Shown: piece after piece, positions 13,144 through 26,362 of the stretch
Layout: every line of letters starts with the position of its first letter
How positions within the stretch are numbered: the first letter of the stretch is position 1
Assembly: GCA_002104945.1 (NCBI GenBank)
Contig: MCFH01000031.1
Location: forward strand, 372,001-436,000
From: Piromyces finnis finn
Lineage: Eukaryota > Fungi > Neocallimastigomycota
Length of the DNA stretch: 64,000 nt
Direction of reading: 5' to 3'
Notes under the pieces: generated by a model
Databases searched by the model: none
Told to the model about the DNA's origin: nothing
The model's input: only the letters and a program-made list of their open reading frames with translations
Made by a program: the position numbers and the translations under genes

Positions 13144-14659
13144 GGATTAATACAGGTTTATCGTTCCTTGGCTTATTTATTTATTTATTTATTTATTATT
13201 TCTTTAAAAATACCTACCTTTCATTTACGATTTTTTTACAGAAAAGACACTTTCTTGGTTTATTATTATCTTTTCTTTCTCTATCTTGAATCATTAACAT
13301 TTCATTCTTTTTGATATAATATATAAATTGATGAATTGATCATTTATATAATTATAATAATATTATTAAAAATCCGAGTAATTATTCATTAAAATTAATA
13401 AATATATAAAGGCTTTTTTAGTTTTGAAAAAAGACAATGATAATATATTTAAATATATATATTTATAAAAACTTTACCAATTTTTCCCTTTGTAAATTTT
13501 GACGTATAGAAATATCTTCCTTTTGATAAGATTTATTTGGAATACTGAAAATATTTGCTTTTTGAATTTAAAAAAAGAAAAAAAAAGATTTTTTATGGTA
13601 TTAAGTTAAAATATTGTTTAATATTATATAAATAAAATGCAATTTTTAATTTCGAATTTATGTATTAAATATTATGCTGAATTGCAAATGAATTTAATTA
13701 TAATATAATTTATATTTATATTTATAATTTATAATAATGATAATAATAATAACAAAATTAATTAAAATTTAATAGTTACTGTTTTTCATTTTTATTCCAA
13801 AGTTTTCGACCTTATTTTTTGATTTTTCAATTTTATCAATCCAATGGTTGAGGTATTTTTCGAGGAAAGGTACAACATGTTCAATATTATTGATATTAAG
13901 TCGATGACAACGACCTAAATGGCTTTGAAGGTCAATTGGATTCATAAATGGTGAATCTTCTTGTTTACAATCGGTAAAAGGACACATTACAAGAATGGGT
14001 TGGACAGGAAGGTGAATTACTGAATTATCATTAACGTTTTGTCCTATTAAATCTGCTGCTTCTCCTTCATCATCTTCACTTTCTTCTTCTTCTTCAGAAT
14101 TAGATATAAGTAATACTTTTTCTTTTTGACGTTGATGTTTTTCTTTAGCTCTTCTTCTACGGTTTCTGTTACGACTTTTAGAGGCATTATTATTATTTTC
14201 ACTAGCAATACTATTATTATTGCCATTGTCGTTAACATTATCTTTTGGAGTTATGGCATCTTTAGTTGAATGGTCTTTATCATCATTTGAATTATTCTTG
14301 TTTTTATTTCTATTTCTATTTCTATTTCTATTTTTTCTAACATTATTACTATTGTTATTGTTATTTGAAATGTCATTTACGTCATTTTTATTTTTATCAT
14401 TATTATTTGTATTGTTTGTATTTAAATTATCTATGGAATTGGGGGTTTCATTGGAATTAACATTTTTTGGTTTATTATTATTATTGTTGGAATTTTTGTT
14501 TCTATTCTTGTGTCCTCTATTTCTATTGATATTATTATTTTTGTTAGAATTATTTGGTACTTTTTCAGTTTCTTGAACCATTTTTGTGGTAGTTGTGTCT
14601 TTTAAAGTTTCATTAGTTGTTTGAGCCATTGAATTTGAATCAGGGGTTGTTTCACCCAT
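11454..14659 (-). CDS. ZNF277: Zinc finger protein 277-like, 9 inferred exons
   Basis: Spliced by hand via GT..AG: exon 1 (14659-13780) CPFTDC..HLGRCH; CLFCKKIVNER-INYFQ-HMFTEHNFNIGLPDNIV; CLYCEKIFKSNAVLRKHMRKKKHFKI..YDKFYIINYLEPGKNW; EWDDWDDE..CLFDE..HMKNEHHFD; LDFYQCIMLINYIRRQ; YMLPTYDDDPLL. These match ZNF277 family motifs. Stop TAA at 11454-11456. Confidence 0.85.
13077..13140. repeat. (AAT)n microsatellite in a ZNF277 intron
   Basis: Continuous taataataat run. It produces the spurious poly-Ile ORF 13068..13289. Confidence 0.9.
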
Positions 14660-15461
14660 TTCTATTTTTCTATTAATGATTTTATTGAATTATGATGATA
14701 ACAATAATTAAAGTTAATTATAATTATAATAGTAATAATAATTAGGTTTATATAAATTTAATAGATTAACAATAAAAATATAAACACATTTAATTGGATT
14801 TTTAATTTAACTATATTTTTATATTTTTCGTTTATTAATTTTATATTTTAACCATCTTTCTAATACTACTAATAATATATCATATATATTATTTACCTTA
14901 CAATATATTAATTATAATTAAATAATAAATTTTAATGAAATACAAATGTTTCTCTTTTTTATCAGATATTATAAATAAAGAATGTCAATAGTAAGAAATT
15001 TTTTAAAAATATAAAAAAAAAACAACTTCTAAAATCAATGATGGATACAAGTTAAATTAAAATTTATTTATTTATTTATTTATTTATATTAATCGAAAAT
15101 GAAAATTAATATTTATTTTTATCTTGTTATTCAATATTATCCTTTAATTTTTTCGGTTAATTTAAAACCTTTTTATAATTATTTATTAAGCAATTACATT
15201 GAAAAACAGAAGCTAAAAAATGTAAATTTTATTAATTATTTAGTACCTTTTTGTATGAATAAAAAATAAAAAAACATAAAACAATTTGTTATTGAAATAC
15301 TAAATGTATTTTATATATATATATTATTATATATATATATATATATAACAGTAATAAATAAGGATAACAATAAAAAAGGTATATTGTAGTCTAAATAGAT
15401 AGAATAAAATAATAAATAATTATTAAACTTATATGTTCTATAAACATTTCTTTTTCACTTA

Positions 15462-18400
15462 TTAACCCCAAATATCCCTTAAATATCTTTTTTCTTTGCT
15501 AAGAATCTCTAAATATTCTTGTGCTTCTATATTAGACATAGCTTCCTCAGTTGTTTGTTGAAGAATCATCGAGAAGGCTTCATGAATTCCTTTACACATA
15601 GCTTTATTACTAAAAAAATTGATATATAAAAACCATCAATGATAATAATAAGAGTTAGAATATATTTAATTAAAATCTAGAACTATATTATATATTATAT
15701 ATAGTGTAATAATTATTATGATAAATTTTTTATGATAACTTACCCACAAACATAAATGTATGTATTTCTCTTTTTTAATAACGTTCTTAAATTATTAGAA
15801 TTTTCTGGTTTAATCATGATATCTTGTACATATTTTGGTCCATTACCTTCACGAGAGGTAGTTATTTCCAAACGATCAAGAATAGGCATAGTTATTCCTA
15901 TATTTTTATTCGTAATAGTCTGACGCCAGAGTGTATTGTAATCTTTGATTAAACAATCTTTTCGATTAGATCGGCATCCATAAAATAGTTGCCATGAAGC
16001 TGATGCTTCAGCAAGTTTAACTCTTTCTTCCTCTGATATATCACCTTTTTGACCATCTTCTAAAAGCTGACGTTTATATTCTATAAAGCTAATGAATGGA
16101 GAAACACCTGTGCCAGCACCAACCATAATAATGTTTTTTGATAAAGGATTTGGTGGAAGAACAAAAGTATTGACAATTTTTGGGAAAATAGGAATATTCA
16201 CAGATTTACAACGGAAATTAACAATACAGTCTTGAATAATTGGATATTCTAACATTTCATCTAGCCAACCTGTACATAATCCGTCACGTTGATGATATTT
16301 ACCATCCTCAGAATTTTGCATAATATAATGGTGAACATTAAACATAAAGGATATTAAATTTGAATTTTGAAGTGGAGAAGAAGAAATAGAATAATATCTT
16401 GGTGATATACGTGTAGAATTTTCAAGAATAGCAACGAATGGTGGATGACAAGATTTAAATGTGTATAGTATATCTAGTAGTGAAGCGTATTGGGCTTTTA
16501 AATTACGATATGAAGATGCACCTGATATATTTAATATTAGATTAATCATTAATTAAATTAAATTACATTTAATTAATTTAAATTATATATAGTTTATATA
16601 CCTTGTGAGGAACATAAGAAATAAAGTTGTTTTTTATCTTCTATATCTGTACAATATTCAGCCAATACTCTTAGAAAAGCTTTTTTTGGAATGGCATTAA
16701 TATTAATAAAATATTTAAATGCTTCATAATAGGTATAACATTTATTTAATATCACTGGCAAACCTTTTTTTATTAATAATTATATTATTATAAATGCATG
16801 TAATATAGAGAATATTGATATATATATATATATTAATATTTTTTAAAAAAAAAAATCTGGAAATAACTATTTTTATTTTATTTTATATTATATATCAACT
16901 TTCGATAATAAAAAATGTAATAATCTTAAATAATTATTTTTTTTTTATATTTACCGGAACACAGAGCTTCTTTGGTAGTAGTGGCTCTAAAACCATCTTC
17001 AGGATCAAGTCCTAATCTCTTTAATAAAGGTAATACCATTTTATCAGAATTAGGGGCTATGATACCAAAGGCATAACCTGATTGATATTTCCAATTCAAT
17101 CCAGTAATATCAAGTGTAACCTGAACAGTTTTTTTAAGAGCGTCCTTACTAGTAAGACATTGAGTAGAGAGTACTTTTGCTGAAAACGGATTATTTTCTG
17201 AATATTGAAGAATATTATTATCAGAATTTAATTTCTTAGGAATTAGAGGAAAAATTTGCTGTGACTTTGAATAGGAAATAGAACGATAAAGATTTGATGC
17301 ACTTGTTATGGTTAAATAGGATATTGGTTTCTTAATAACATGTTTAAGTTGTGTTATTTGAGAAAGCAATTCTTTATCAAATGAAAGTTTTACTGGTACA
17401 TATTCTAAATCATTTTCAATTTCATTCTCAGCTTTTATTACGTATTCACCAACATCATTGGAGGAAAGGGTATAACTATCTTCGCTAAAATAATCGATAC
17501 TATTTGTACTTTCGCTAATATTATCATCATTGGTAATTTCAATTCCTTCCATAATATTTGTAATTTTTTCTTCCTCAACAGAAGAATTTGTTGATATTGA
17601 ATCTGTTTCTAATCCAATTTTACTTGAATTTTTAACAATATTCTTAACTTCTTTAACCCAATTTTCAACAATTTCATCAAGGCTTTTTATTTTTGTTTTA
17701 ATTTTTGTTATTTTTTTTTTTTTAATTATTTTTTGAGTTTTAAAAAAGAAATTAATAAGTAAATATTTTTATTTAAAAAAAAAAAGATAAACTTTTACTT
17801 ACTTTTTTGCATCATCACCATATGCTGTTTCAACTATTTTTACTGAACTAATTTCTTGTAATTTGAGATCTATATCTTTTGCAGGTTTACAAAAATAGGT
17901 AAAATAAGAATCACCTAAGCCTAATTTTCATGTTTAATTGTTCAATTATGTGGCGAAAATAAAAAATAATTATAGATTATTAATATTGTAAATTGGATTA
18001 TTTCCAAATTATTAACATTCCATTATTTAATTAGTATATTTCCTCTTTTTTTTGACATACCCAAAATTCCATATTTTTTATTTTTCAAAAGAGAGCAAAC
18101 TTCTTTTTTTCCTGATATTAAATCATTATAAAAATCTATTGAATTATCTGGTGGTTCTCCATCTCCAGTAGTTGATATAATTATAAAATTAATTGTCTTA
18201 TCAGTAAATTGCGCCTTATTTTATTTTTTTTTTTTTAGAAAATAAAAAATTAGTATGAATATTATTAATAAAATAAAATAAAATAAATTAATAATAATAT
18301 TATTAATAATGCAATTATTGTTTTATATTTAAAATAATTTAATTATAAATTACTATATTAATATATATAAAGTTATTTTTATGCTGATTTTGATATTATT

Positions 18401-18631
18401 GAAGATTTTAAATTTTAAATTCCATAATAATTATTCATATAAAAAAGTGTATATTTTATGAATATTCATATAGTAAATAATAAGCCTCATAACAATTACT
18501 TTTTTATAATTATTTAATTCCATTAGAGAAGCTGGTACATTTTCATTTAATAAATCTTTTTCTAAAGTTTCAGCGATGTTTCTTGCTGTTCCATTTTGTG
18601 ATCCATATAAAATATTAATCCTTAAACTCAT
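15462..18631 (-). CDS. MTRR: Methionine synthase reductase (diflavin FMN/FAD/NADPH oxidoreductase), 7 inferred exons
   Basis: Flavodoxin ILYGSQNGTARNIAE, STTGDGEPPDN, GLGDSYF. MTRR-type AIPKKAFLRVLAEYC..LCSSQGASSY..LLDILYTFKSCHPP, PRYYSISSS, GLCTGWL, MVGAGTGVSPFISF, LFYGCR, YVCG and terminal RYLRDIWG*. No N-terminal membrane anchor, unlike P450 reductase. Confidence 0.85.
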
Positions 18632-18640
18632 TTATTTTTA

Positions 18641-18646
<6 letters not shown>

Positions 18647-18696
<50 letters not shown>

Positions 18697-18697
18697 T
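18647..18697. repeat. (ATT)n microsatellite just upstream of the MTRR start
   Basis: Continuous attattatt run; endpoints approximate. Confidence 0.85.
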
Positions 18698-20159
18698 TTT
18701 AAAAAAAGCCTTTAATTTTTTTTAAAAAGTTAGAAGAAATGACAATATTAATATATATATAAATAATATATATTATTATTATTTTTTTTTCATTAACTTT
18801 TTTTTTTAAAAGTGAAAAAGAAAAAATAAAGTTAATAATTTATTAAAAAAATTTCTTTATATGGATTTTAGCTGATTTTTTATATTAAATTTTTAATCTT
18901 TATTATAAATAAAGTTTATGTAAAATATTACATAAATTCTAGATATTTAAAACATTATACTGTACTCATATATTAAATTAAATAAACCAATTTATTGCTA
19001 GAGATCATATTAAAAAAAAATGTCATTTAACAATTTTAAAAAAAAAAAGTATGGAATTTAAATAAAAATTTTATGAAATAAGATAAGTTTTATAATAAAT
19101 ATTATAATTAGGATAATAATATTTATAAAAACCAGGTAAATAAATATCTTTTAATTATTATTTTTAATAATATTTATAAATTTAAATATATTACAACATT
19201 ACAAATAAAGTGTTAATGAAAATAAAGTTTAATTTTTTTTATTTTTAATATAAGTATTTTCATATTATATTTTTTAATATTCATCCCTTTTTCTATGTGG
19301 TATTATTTTTTATTTGATTTGACTTATCTAACTAAAAGAATATTATTTTATTATTTAATATACAAGTTATTTATCTTTTTGTATTAATAAATCATAGTGA
19401 CATAGGTATAAAATATATATATTTTTTTCACTTTTCAATATAAAATTAAAAGGAAAAAAATTAAATATTTTCTTAAAGTAATAAATCATAAAGATTTGAT
19501 TTTTTTTCAATATTTAATTATATTAATATTATAATAAAATAATTATATAGTATTTTTTTGACAAATTAGATTGATCTTATTTCATAATGATAATAAAATA
19601 ATATAACATAAAATGAAGAATTACTGATTCATAAATAAACTTATATTTATTATGTATTAATTATTAATTCAGTATCAATTTATCGTTTTCCTTTTATATA
19701 TATAATTGTTTTTGTTATAAAGTTTTTATTACAATTATTGATTTATTATTCTAATAAATTAAAGTTTAATAAGGGATTTACTTTAAAAAAAAAATGTGTA
19801 GTATTTTATCAATTATTATTAATATATATTCAAATATATTTTAAATATATGTAAAAATTATATTGATGTCAAAAATTGGAATATTTAAATAAATATTTAT
19901 AATTATATATATATAAATTAATTTTTTTTTTTTTATTTAAAAAAAAAAGAACAAAGAAAAGTAGATAAAAAGTTATATTCATTTATCCTTTTTTTTTTTT
20001 TTAAACATTAACAAGATATACATATATTTAAAATAATAATAAAAGTAATTAAATAAAAAAAAGAAAAGAAGTAAAAAGGGTTTTTTTAAAAAAATATAAA
20101 CAAATAAAAACAAACAGACAAAAAAAAAAATACAATTCATAAATAAATATAAAAAAATA

Positions 20160-22095
20160 ATGTCAAATATATATCTTACTCAAGATGAAGTTAATAACAC
20201 TATCGAAGAAATAAGAGCTACTATGAAAGGTTTAGGAACCGACGAAAAAGTATGTGTTTAATTAAATAAAATGATACATAATAAAATTAAATGTGAAAAG
20301 AATATGAAACAAAGAAAAAAGAAATTAAATAAAAAAAAAGGTTCATCATAAATTATTAAAATTTTAGTGTTATATATATTTTAAAATATTATTTATGTTT
20401 TGGATTTGAATTTCGCAGAAACTGTTAAGGATTCTTGGTACTAAAACCCCAAAACAAATGTCCCAAATTATGTCTAGATATCTTAATAATTATGGTAAAT
20501 TTTAGTTATTAAATTAATAAATTAAAATTATTAAAACAAAAATATGTATTATCAAAGCTATTTTGTAAGCATTATTAATTCAATTAAATTATATTTTAAT
20601 ATTTTTATTTAAATTAAAAATAAATGTGTACATTTTAATTTTTTATAATAAAGGTCATACTTTATATCAACATATTTCTAGTGAAGTACATGGCTCTTTT
20701 GGAAATATATGTAGGGGTGTTTCTCTTCCAATTATTGAATTTGATTGTGATTTACTTCGTGAAGTAATTTATTACAATTTATATACAATAATTTGATATT
20801 AGTTATAATGTATAATATTGTAATCATAATTAGAGCTATGCGTACTAATATTAGTTTATTTTTCTTTCTTTATAATAGGCTTGTAAAAAAACTTTTACAG
20901 CTAATTATACTTATATTACTGAGGTTTTAGTTGGCAGAACAAATCATGATATTAAAGCTATTAAATCTTTTTACGAAGATAAATATAATGAAAAAGTTGA
21001 GGATATTATTAATAGAAAATGTTATGGTGATATGAAAAAATTATATTTAACATGTTTAGAGGTAATTATTAATTATAGTTTATTATTTTTAAAAATTGCA
21101 TTGTTTTAGTATTTTTATTTTTTTTTAATATTTTTAATTTTTATTAATTATTTTTTTAATAATTATGAATAAATAAATAAATAAAAAATGTACAGGCAAA
21201 TAGAGAAGAAACCAAAGAATATACTGAAGAAGATATCATAGAAGATGTAAATACATTATATCAGGCGACAGAAGCAAGATGGAATGCATCTGAAAAAGTT
21301 GTAATGTAAAGTATCAATAATATTTTAGTAGTAGTTGTTGTTAAAGTTATTTATTATTTATACAATAATATATAATACTGTCTTCCTATTATTAAATAGT
21401 GATATACTATGTCGTCGTCAATTTCAACATTTAAGAAATGTTTTTTATGCCTATCAAAATAAATATAAAAAACCATTCACTTCAGTTGTTGAAAAAAAGT
21501 TTATTGGCCCAATAGAAAAGAACTTTTTAATTTTAAGTAATATTTCTATATAGTTTAAAATATAATAACCTTTTTATATTTAGAATTTAAAATCTTGATT
21601 ACAATTAATCATTAAAAATTAACATATTTTAAATATTATTATAATTCAGTTAAATCTGCAATGAACAGATATCAATATATTGCAGAGCAATTCAATATAG
21701 CTATTAATACTACATCAGTTCAGCATACCAAATTAATTAGATACACAATTCGTTACAGAACTCCGGCTATTTTAGAATTAATTAAAGATTCATATAATAA
21801 CAATTATACTAGAACTTTTGGAGAAGAGTTAAATAATGCCATATTTATCGACGATAGAACTAAAGAAATGATTTTATTATTGTTAAATGAAAAGAAAATA
21901 AAAATAAATAAAAAAGAGGAAGATAATGGAAAAGAGAAGAGTAGAGGCATTCCAAATGAAGATTCTGATTCTAATGATGAAGATATAATTGATGATAGAA
22001 TTGAAAATATAAAAGAAAATAATGATAATGAAACCATTAAAATTGTTCAAGATGAAGATATCTATCCAAAAATTCAACAAACTAAAGAAGAATAA
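20160..22095 (+). CDS. Annexin, 7 inferred exons, with acidic C-terminal tail
   Basis: ATG at 20160. Exon 1 MSNIYLTQDEVNNTIEEIRATMKGLGTDEK contains the annexin MKGLGTDE motif. Later exons KLLRILGTKTPKQM, ISSEVHGSFG, TEVLVGRTNHDIKAIKSFYEDKY, IDILCRRQFQHLRNVFYAY give four annexin-like repeats. All splice phases are consistent. Confidence 0.85.
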
Positions 22096-22310
22096 AAAAA
22101 TAAAGGAATAAAGAAAAAATAATACAATAATATAAAAAAATATAATAAAGAAAATAAAATGGAATTAAATAAAATAAACATAATAAATAAAATAACAAAA
22201 GCATAAATAAAAAACTTGAATGATTAATATCTTTATTTTCTACTTAATACTCATGTATAAAATTTATATATATTGAGCAAATAAAATAAAAATTAAAAAA
22301 CATATACACA

Positions 22311-22391
22311 TATATATATCAGTGATATATAATCAAAATATTTCAATACATATATATATATATATATCGATGATATATAATCAAAATATTT
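22311..22391. repeat. Imperfect 33-bp direct repeat, two copies
   Basis: tatatatatc-ag-tgatatataatcaaaatattt (22311-22343) and tatatatatc-ga-tgatatataatcaaaatattt (22359-22391). Confidence 0.7.
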
Positions 22392-22650
22392 TAAATTTTA
22401 AAAAATAATACACTCATACATATACACAAATTAAAGTAGAAAAAATATAATAATAACATTATTAAATAGTAAAAAAAAAAAAAAAAGTGTATAAGATAAA
22501 TTTAACAACGCTTTCTTTACATATAAAATAAAATTTTATATCTATATATATGATTATTTTTGTTTTAAAATTATAAAAATGTAATTTGTAAAGACATTAT
22601 AATGAATAAAGCAATTATAATAATAAATAATATATTATTTTTATAACCCA

Positions 22651-22684
<34 letters not shown>

Positions 22685-22971
22685 GTATAAATCTAAAATA
22701 TAGTTAATAAAATGTATAATAATAATTTATGATTTAATATAATACCAAATAAATAAAATAATAATAAAACTAAATTAGAAAAAATTCATTTAGTCGTATC
22801 TTTATTATTTTAATATTTTATTTATTTTTTTATTACTTCTTCTTATTCAAACCCCATAAAAAGAAAAACATTATAATTATATTTTTATTTATTTTAATAG
22901 AATTTTGAAATAGTTTTTATAGATTTTTTTTAATAATATTATTAAAATAATGTATTAAATTAAATGAGTTT

Positions 22972-24183
22972 TTAATTTTTTTCATCAATAATCTCATCCT
23001 CAGAGTCATCTGTACTAAATGGTATTATATCGTGACATTTCCATGTTTTAGTTTCACCTTCTGTTTTCCAAATTTCAATTTGGGATATAGTAAATTTTAA
23101 GGGTAAGTAATTAACATAATTTCTTTCGTACATTATTTCATTTAAAATACGTCTTTTCATAATATTATGAAAATCACCATAAATTAAACTAACATGTGGG
23201 AAATAACCATTTTTATTTTCTAGTTCTAATAATTCCATGACTCTTCTGTAAATATATTCTAAGTCATGGGTTAATTCTACTTTTCCTAATACGCACTGAT
23301 AATATTTATTGCCTGTTGTTATATTAGTCATTTTTAATTCAAAAGGTTCCATCATAGAAAGTGAATTAAGTTTTTTTTTTAAATTTTCTAAAGGCATATC
23401 TATTGGTGCATAAAGTGTTAAATGTGGTTCAAATAATTCAGTTTTATATTCGCGTGATAGATCAGCTACTGTATTATTTAAAAGTTTATATGTTTCAGAT
23501 GTTCTTTCTGGTGTCATTAATAGTGAATATCCTTTAAATTCTAAACTTTGAGTTGGTCTTTTTCTGTATTTTCTATGTACGGCTGAAATGTTGTTTGAGT
23601 TTGGATGGCTAAATGAACCAAAATGAACACCTGTAAAATAAAAAATAACAGCAATAAAAAATGCAGCACCCAGCAATACATTTAATATTTGCATAAAATA
23701 CTTTAAAAATTTATCTAATTTTAAAGTACATTTTCCTATATATCCAACTCCTTCTTCTTGTAATGAATAATTAAAATTATTATTTTTTGTTGGTATTTTT
23801 TCGTGATAATGATTATTTAATGGTGTAGTTTTTTCTTCTTCTTCTCCATTCTTAAATTTTTGATTATTTTGATAAAAAGTTTTTAAAAAGTCAGTTTGAT
23901 TACAATTATCTATTGGAATATATCCATTTTTAAATTTCTTATGTATTTCACTTTCTTTCTCTTTTATTTCCTTTATTTTTTGTTTAATTTTTATCATCAT
24001 TTCTTCTTTATTCAATTCTTGATAATCCTCATTCATCTTTTCATCAGAAAACAGATAACCAAAATTATCCTTTAAAGGATTCTTTGGTTTTTCATTTTCC
24101 ATAAATATATTATCGATGTTTTCTTTTTTATTTGTGTCTTTATCCTTTTTATTATTATCTATATTAAAATAGTTATTATCCAT
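22972..24183 (-). CDS. 2H-phosphoesterase, cyclic phosphodiesterase (CPDase-like), with N-terminal extension and one transmembrane helix; intronless
   Basis: Two HxT/S motifs: FEPHLTLY and YFPHVSLIYGD. Also YSLLMTP, YYQCV and IEIWKTEG..W, typical of plant/fungal CPDases. Hydrophobic stretch ILNVLLGAAFFIAVIFYFTGV precedes the domain. Confidence 0.85.
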   Translation of the reverse strand: MDNNYFNIDNNKKDKDTNKKENIDNIFMENEKPKNPLKDNFGYLFSDEKMNEDYQELNKEEMMIKIKQKIKEIKEKESEIHKKFKNGYIPIDNCNQTDFLKTFYQNNQKFKNGEEEEKTTPLNNHYHEKIPTKNNNFNYSLQEEGVGYIGKCTLKLDKFLKYFMQILNVLLGAAFFIAVIFYFTGVHFGSFSHPNSNNISAVHRKYRKRPTQSLEFKGYSLLMTPERTSETYKLLNNTVADLSREYKTELFEPHLTLYAPIDMPLENLKKKLNSLSMMEPFELKMTNITTGNKYYQCVLGKVELTHDLEYIYRRVMELLELENKNGYFPHVSLIYGDFHNIMKRRILNEIMYERNYVNYLPLKFTISQIEIWKTEGETKTWKCHDIIPFSTDDSEDEIIDEKN

Positions 24184-24644
24184 TATTTATATATTGTTTA
24201 TTTCTTAATATAATTAATATTGTTATTATAACTCTCAGTATATTATTTATCTTATACAAGATTTCTATGTTATGATTAGAAATTTTAAGTATTCTCTATT
24301 ATTTATACTTTAATAAAAGTAAAATTGATAATTATTAAATATTAAATAATAACTAATGTAGTATTTTATTTATTAAATTTTATTTAATATGTAAAATATG
24401 TAAAATATTGTATGGTAGCTAAATTTAATGTTAGTATTATAATTTTATATATTTTCTTTATTTATTATTTTGTACTACAATTTTCAAATGTTTAAATTTC
24501 ATAATTAATTAAATTAAAATCTTATAAATTAATATATATTAATTCTTTATAAAAAAATAAAAATAAAATAAAATTACAATTTTTAAGCATATACTTATTT
24601 CAAAAATAATATAATTATTAAAAATAATAATATACAATAAAACA

Positions 24645-26362
24645 ATGAACCAAAATACAATAGTTTTAAATAATGGAAAGAAGATGCCAATTATTGGTTT
24701 AGGAACTTGTAAATATATTATTCATTTTTTTTAATTTGTTATAGAACAATAAAAACATTAATTTATGAATTTAAATAAATTAGTTTTATCTGAACCAGAA
24801 AAAGTAATTAATTCGGTTAAAACTGCTCTTAAATTAGGATATAAACATATTGATTGTGCATTATGTTGTAAGTAACTATGTTTCAATTTATATAATATAA
24901 TACTTTTATTCACTTAAAATTTTTATTTATATTTTTCAAAATGCATAATTTTTCATTTTATTTAGATTTATATTATAATAATTTTAATGTTCGTATTAAT
25001 TTTTTTTTTCTTTATTATTTTAATTTTTTAATTTGAATTTGGATTTATAAATATAAACAATATATGAACTTATATTTATTGAATATACCAACAATGGCAT
25101 AACAATAATTATATTATAATAATGGTAATGATAAAGATAATAATGAAAAAGAAGTTGGTCAAGGAATTCAAGAATCAATAAAGGAAGGCATTAAACGTGA
25201 AGATATATTTATAACTTCTAAATTATGGAATACTTATCATCGTCCAGAATTAGTTGCTAAAGGTCTTGAAAAAACTTTAAATGTAAATAAATGTTATATA
25301 ATAAAGTTAATATTTAGAGGGTTTATTTCTAATTATTATTATTCAAAAATTTCTAAATTGATGATACAATTAATAAAAATAATATTTTATTAACAATTTA
25401 ATTATATTTTTAAAGGATTTACAATTAGAATATGTTGATCTTTATTTAATTCATTGGCCTGCTGCTCAAGATCCAAATGGCCCTTTATTTACAGGTGAAT
25501 TAGAAGATGTTCCTATTATTAATACTTGGAGGGAAATGGAAGTATGTATAATGTATAAAATATTAACACAAAAAATCTCTTAAAATATTTAAATAATAAA
25601 GTTCATTATTAGGATTATAAATATAATTATAAAATAAAATTTAGTATTTATAAATTTTATATATAATAATAAAATATATTATTATTTTATATAATATTAG
25701 AAATTATATAAGTCTGGTAAAGCAAAGGCAATTGGTGTATCAAATTTCAATATTGATATGTTAAATGATTTATTGGAAAAAGCAGAAATTAAGCCAGTTA
25801 TGAACCAAGTAAAAATATAATATATAAATTTCTGAAATAAATAAATAATTCAAAAATACTTAAAATATTTATATAATATTTATTTTAATAATTGTTAAGG
25901 TTGAACTTCATCCATATCTTCCTCAACATAAATTAGTTAAATTTTGTAAAGATAATGATATCCAACTTACTGCATATTGTCCATTAGGCCAAAAAACTAA
26001 TCCAAAGATTAGTGAAGATCCTATTATTATTGAAATTGCTAAGAGAAATGATATGACTCCTTCTCAAGTCATTCTTTCATGGAATGCACAAAGAAATGTT
26101 GTTGGTATGTATATAGTATATAAGCATATTCTGAATTTTTATTGAAATAAATAAAATTAATTAATATTTTAAATGTTTAAATTATAAATTATGACAAATA
26201 GTTATCCCAAAATCAGTTACACCATTAAGGATTGAAGAAAACTTCCAAATAAAGGAGCTTCCAAAAGAAGATTTTGAAAAAATAAACTGTATTACTACAA
26301 GACAAAGAGTTGTTAAAGGAGCTCGTTTTGGAAATATATTCCCTGATTTTGGTGATTTTTAA
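24645..26362 (+). CDS. Aldo-keto reductase (AKR1-like NADPH-dependent), 7 inferred exons
   Basis: [32 protein letters not shown] (catalytic D and Y), FITSKLWN (K), DLYLIHWP (H), [39 protein letters not shown]. Stop at 26360-26362. Confidence 0.92.
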
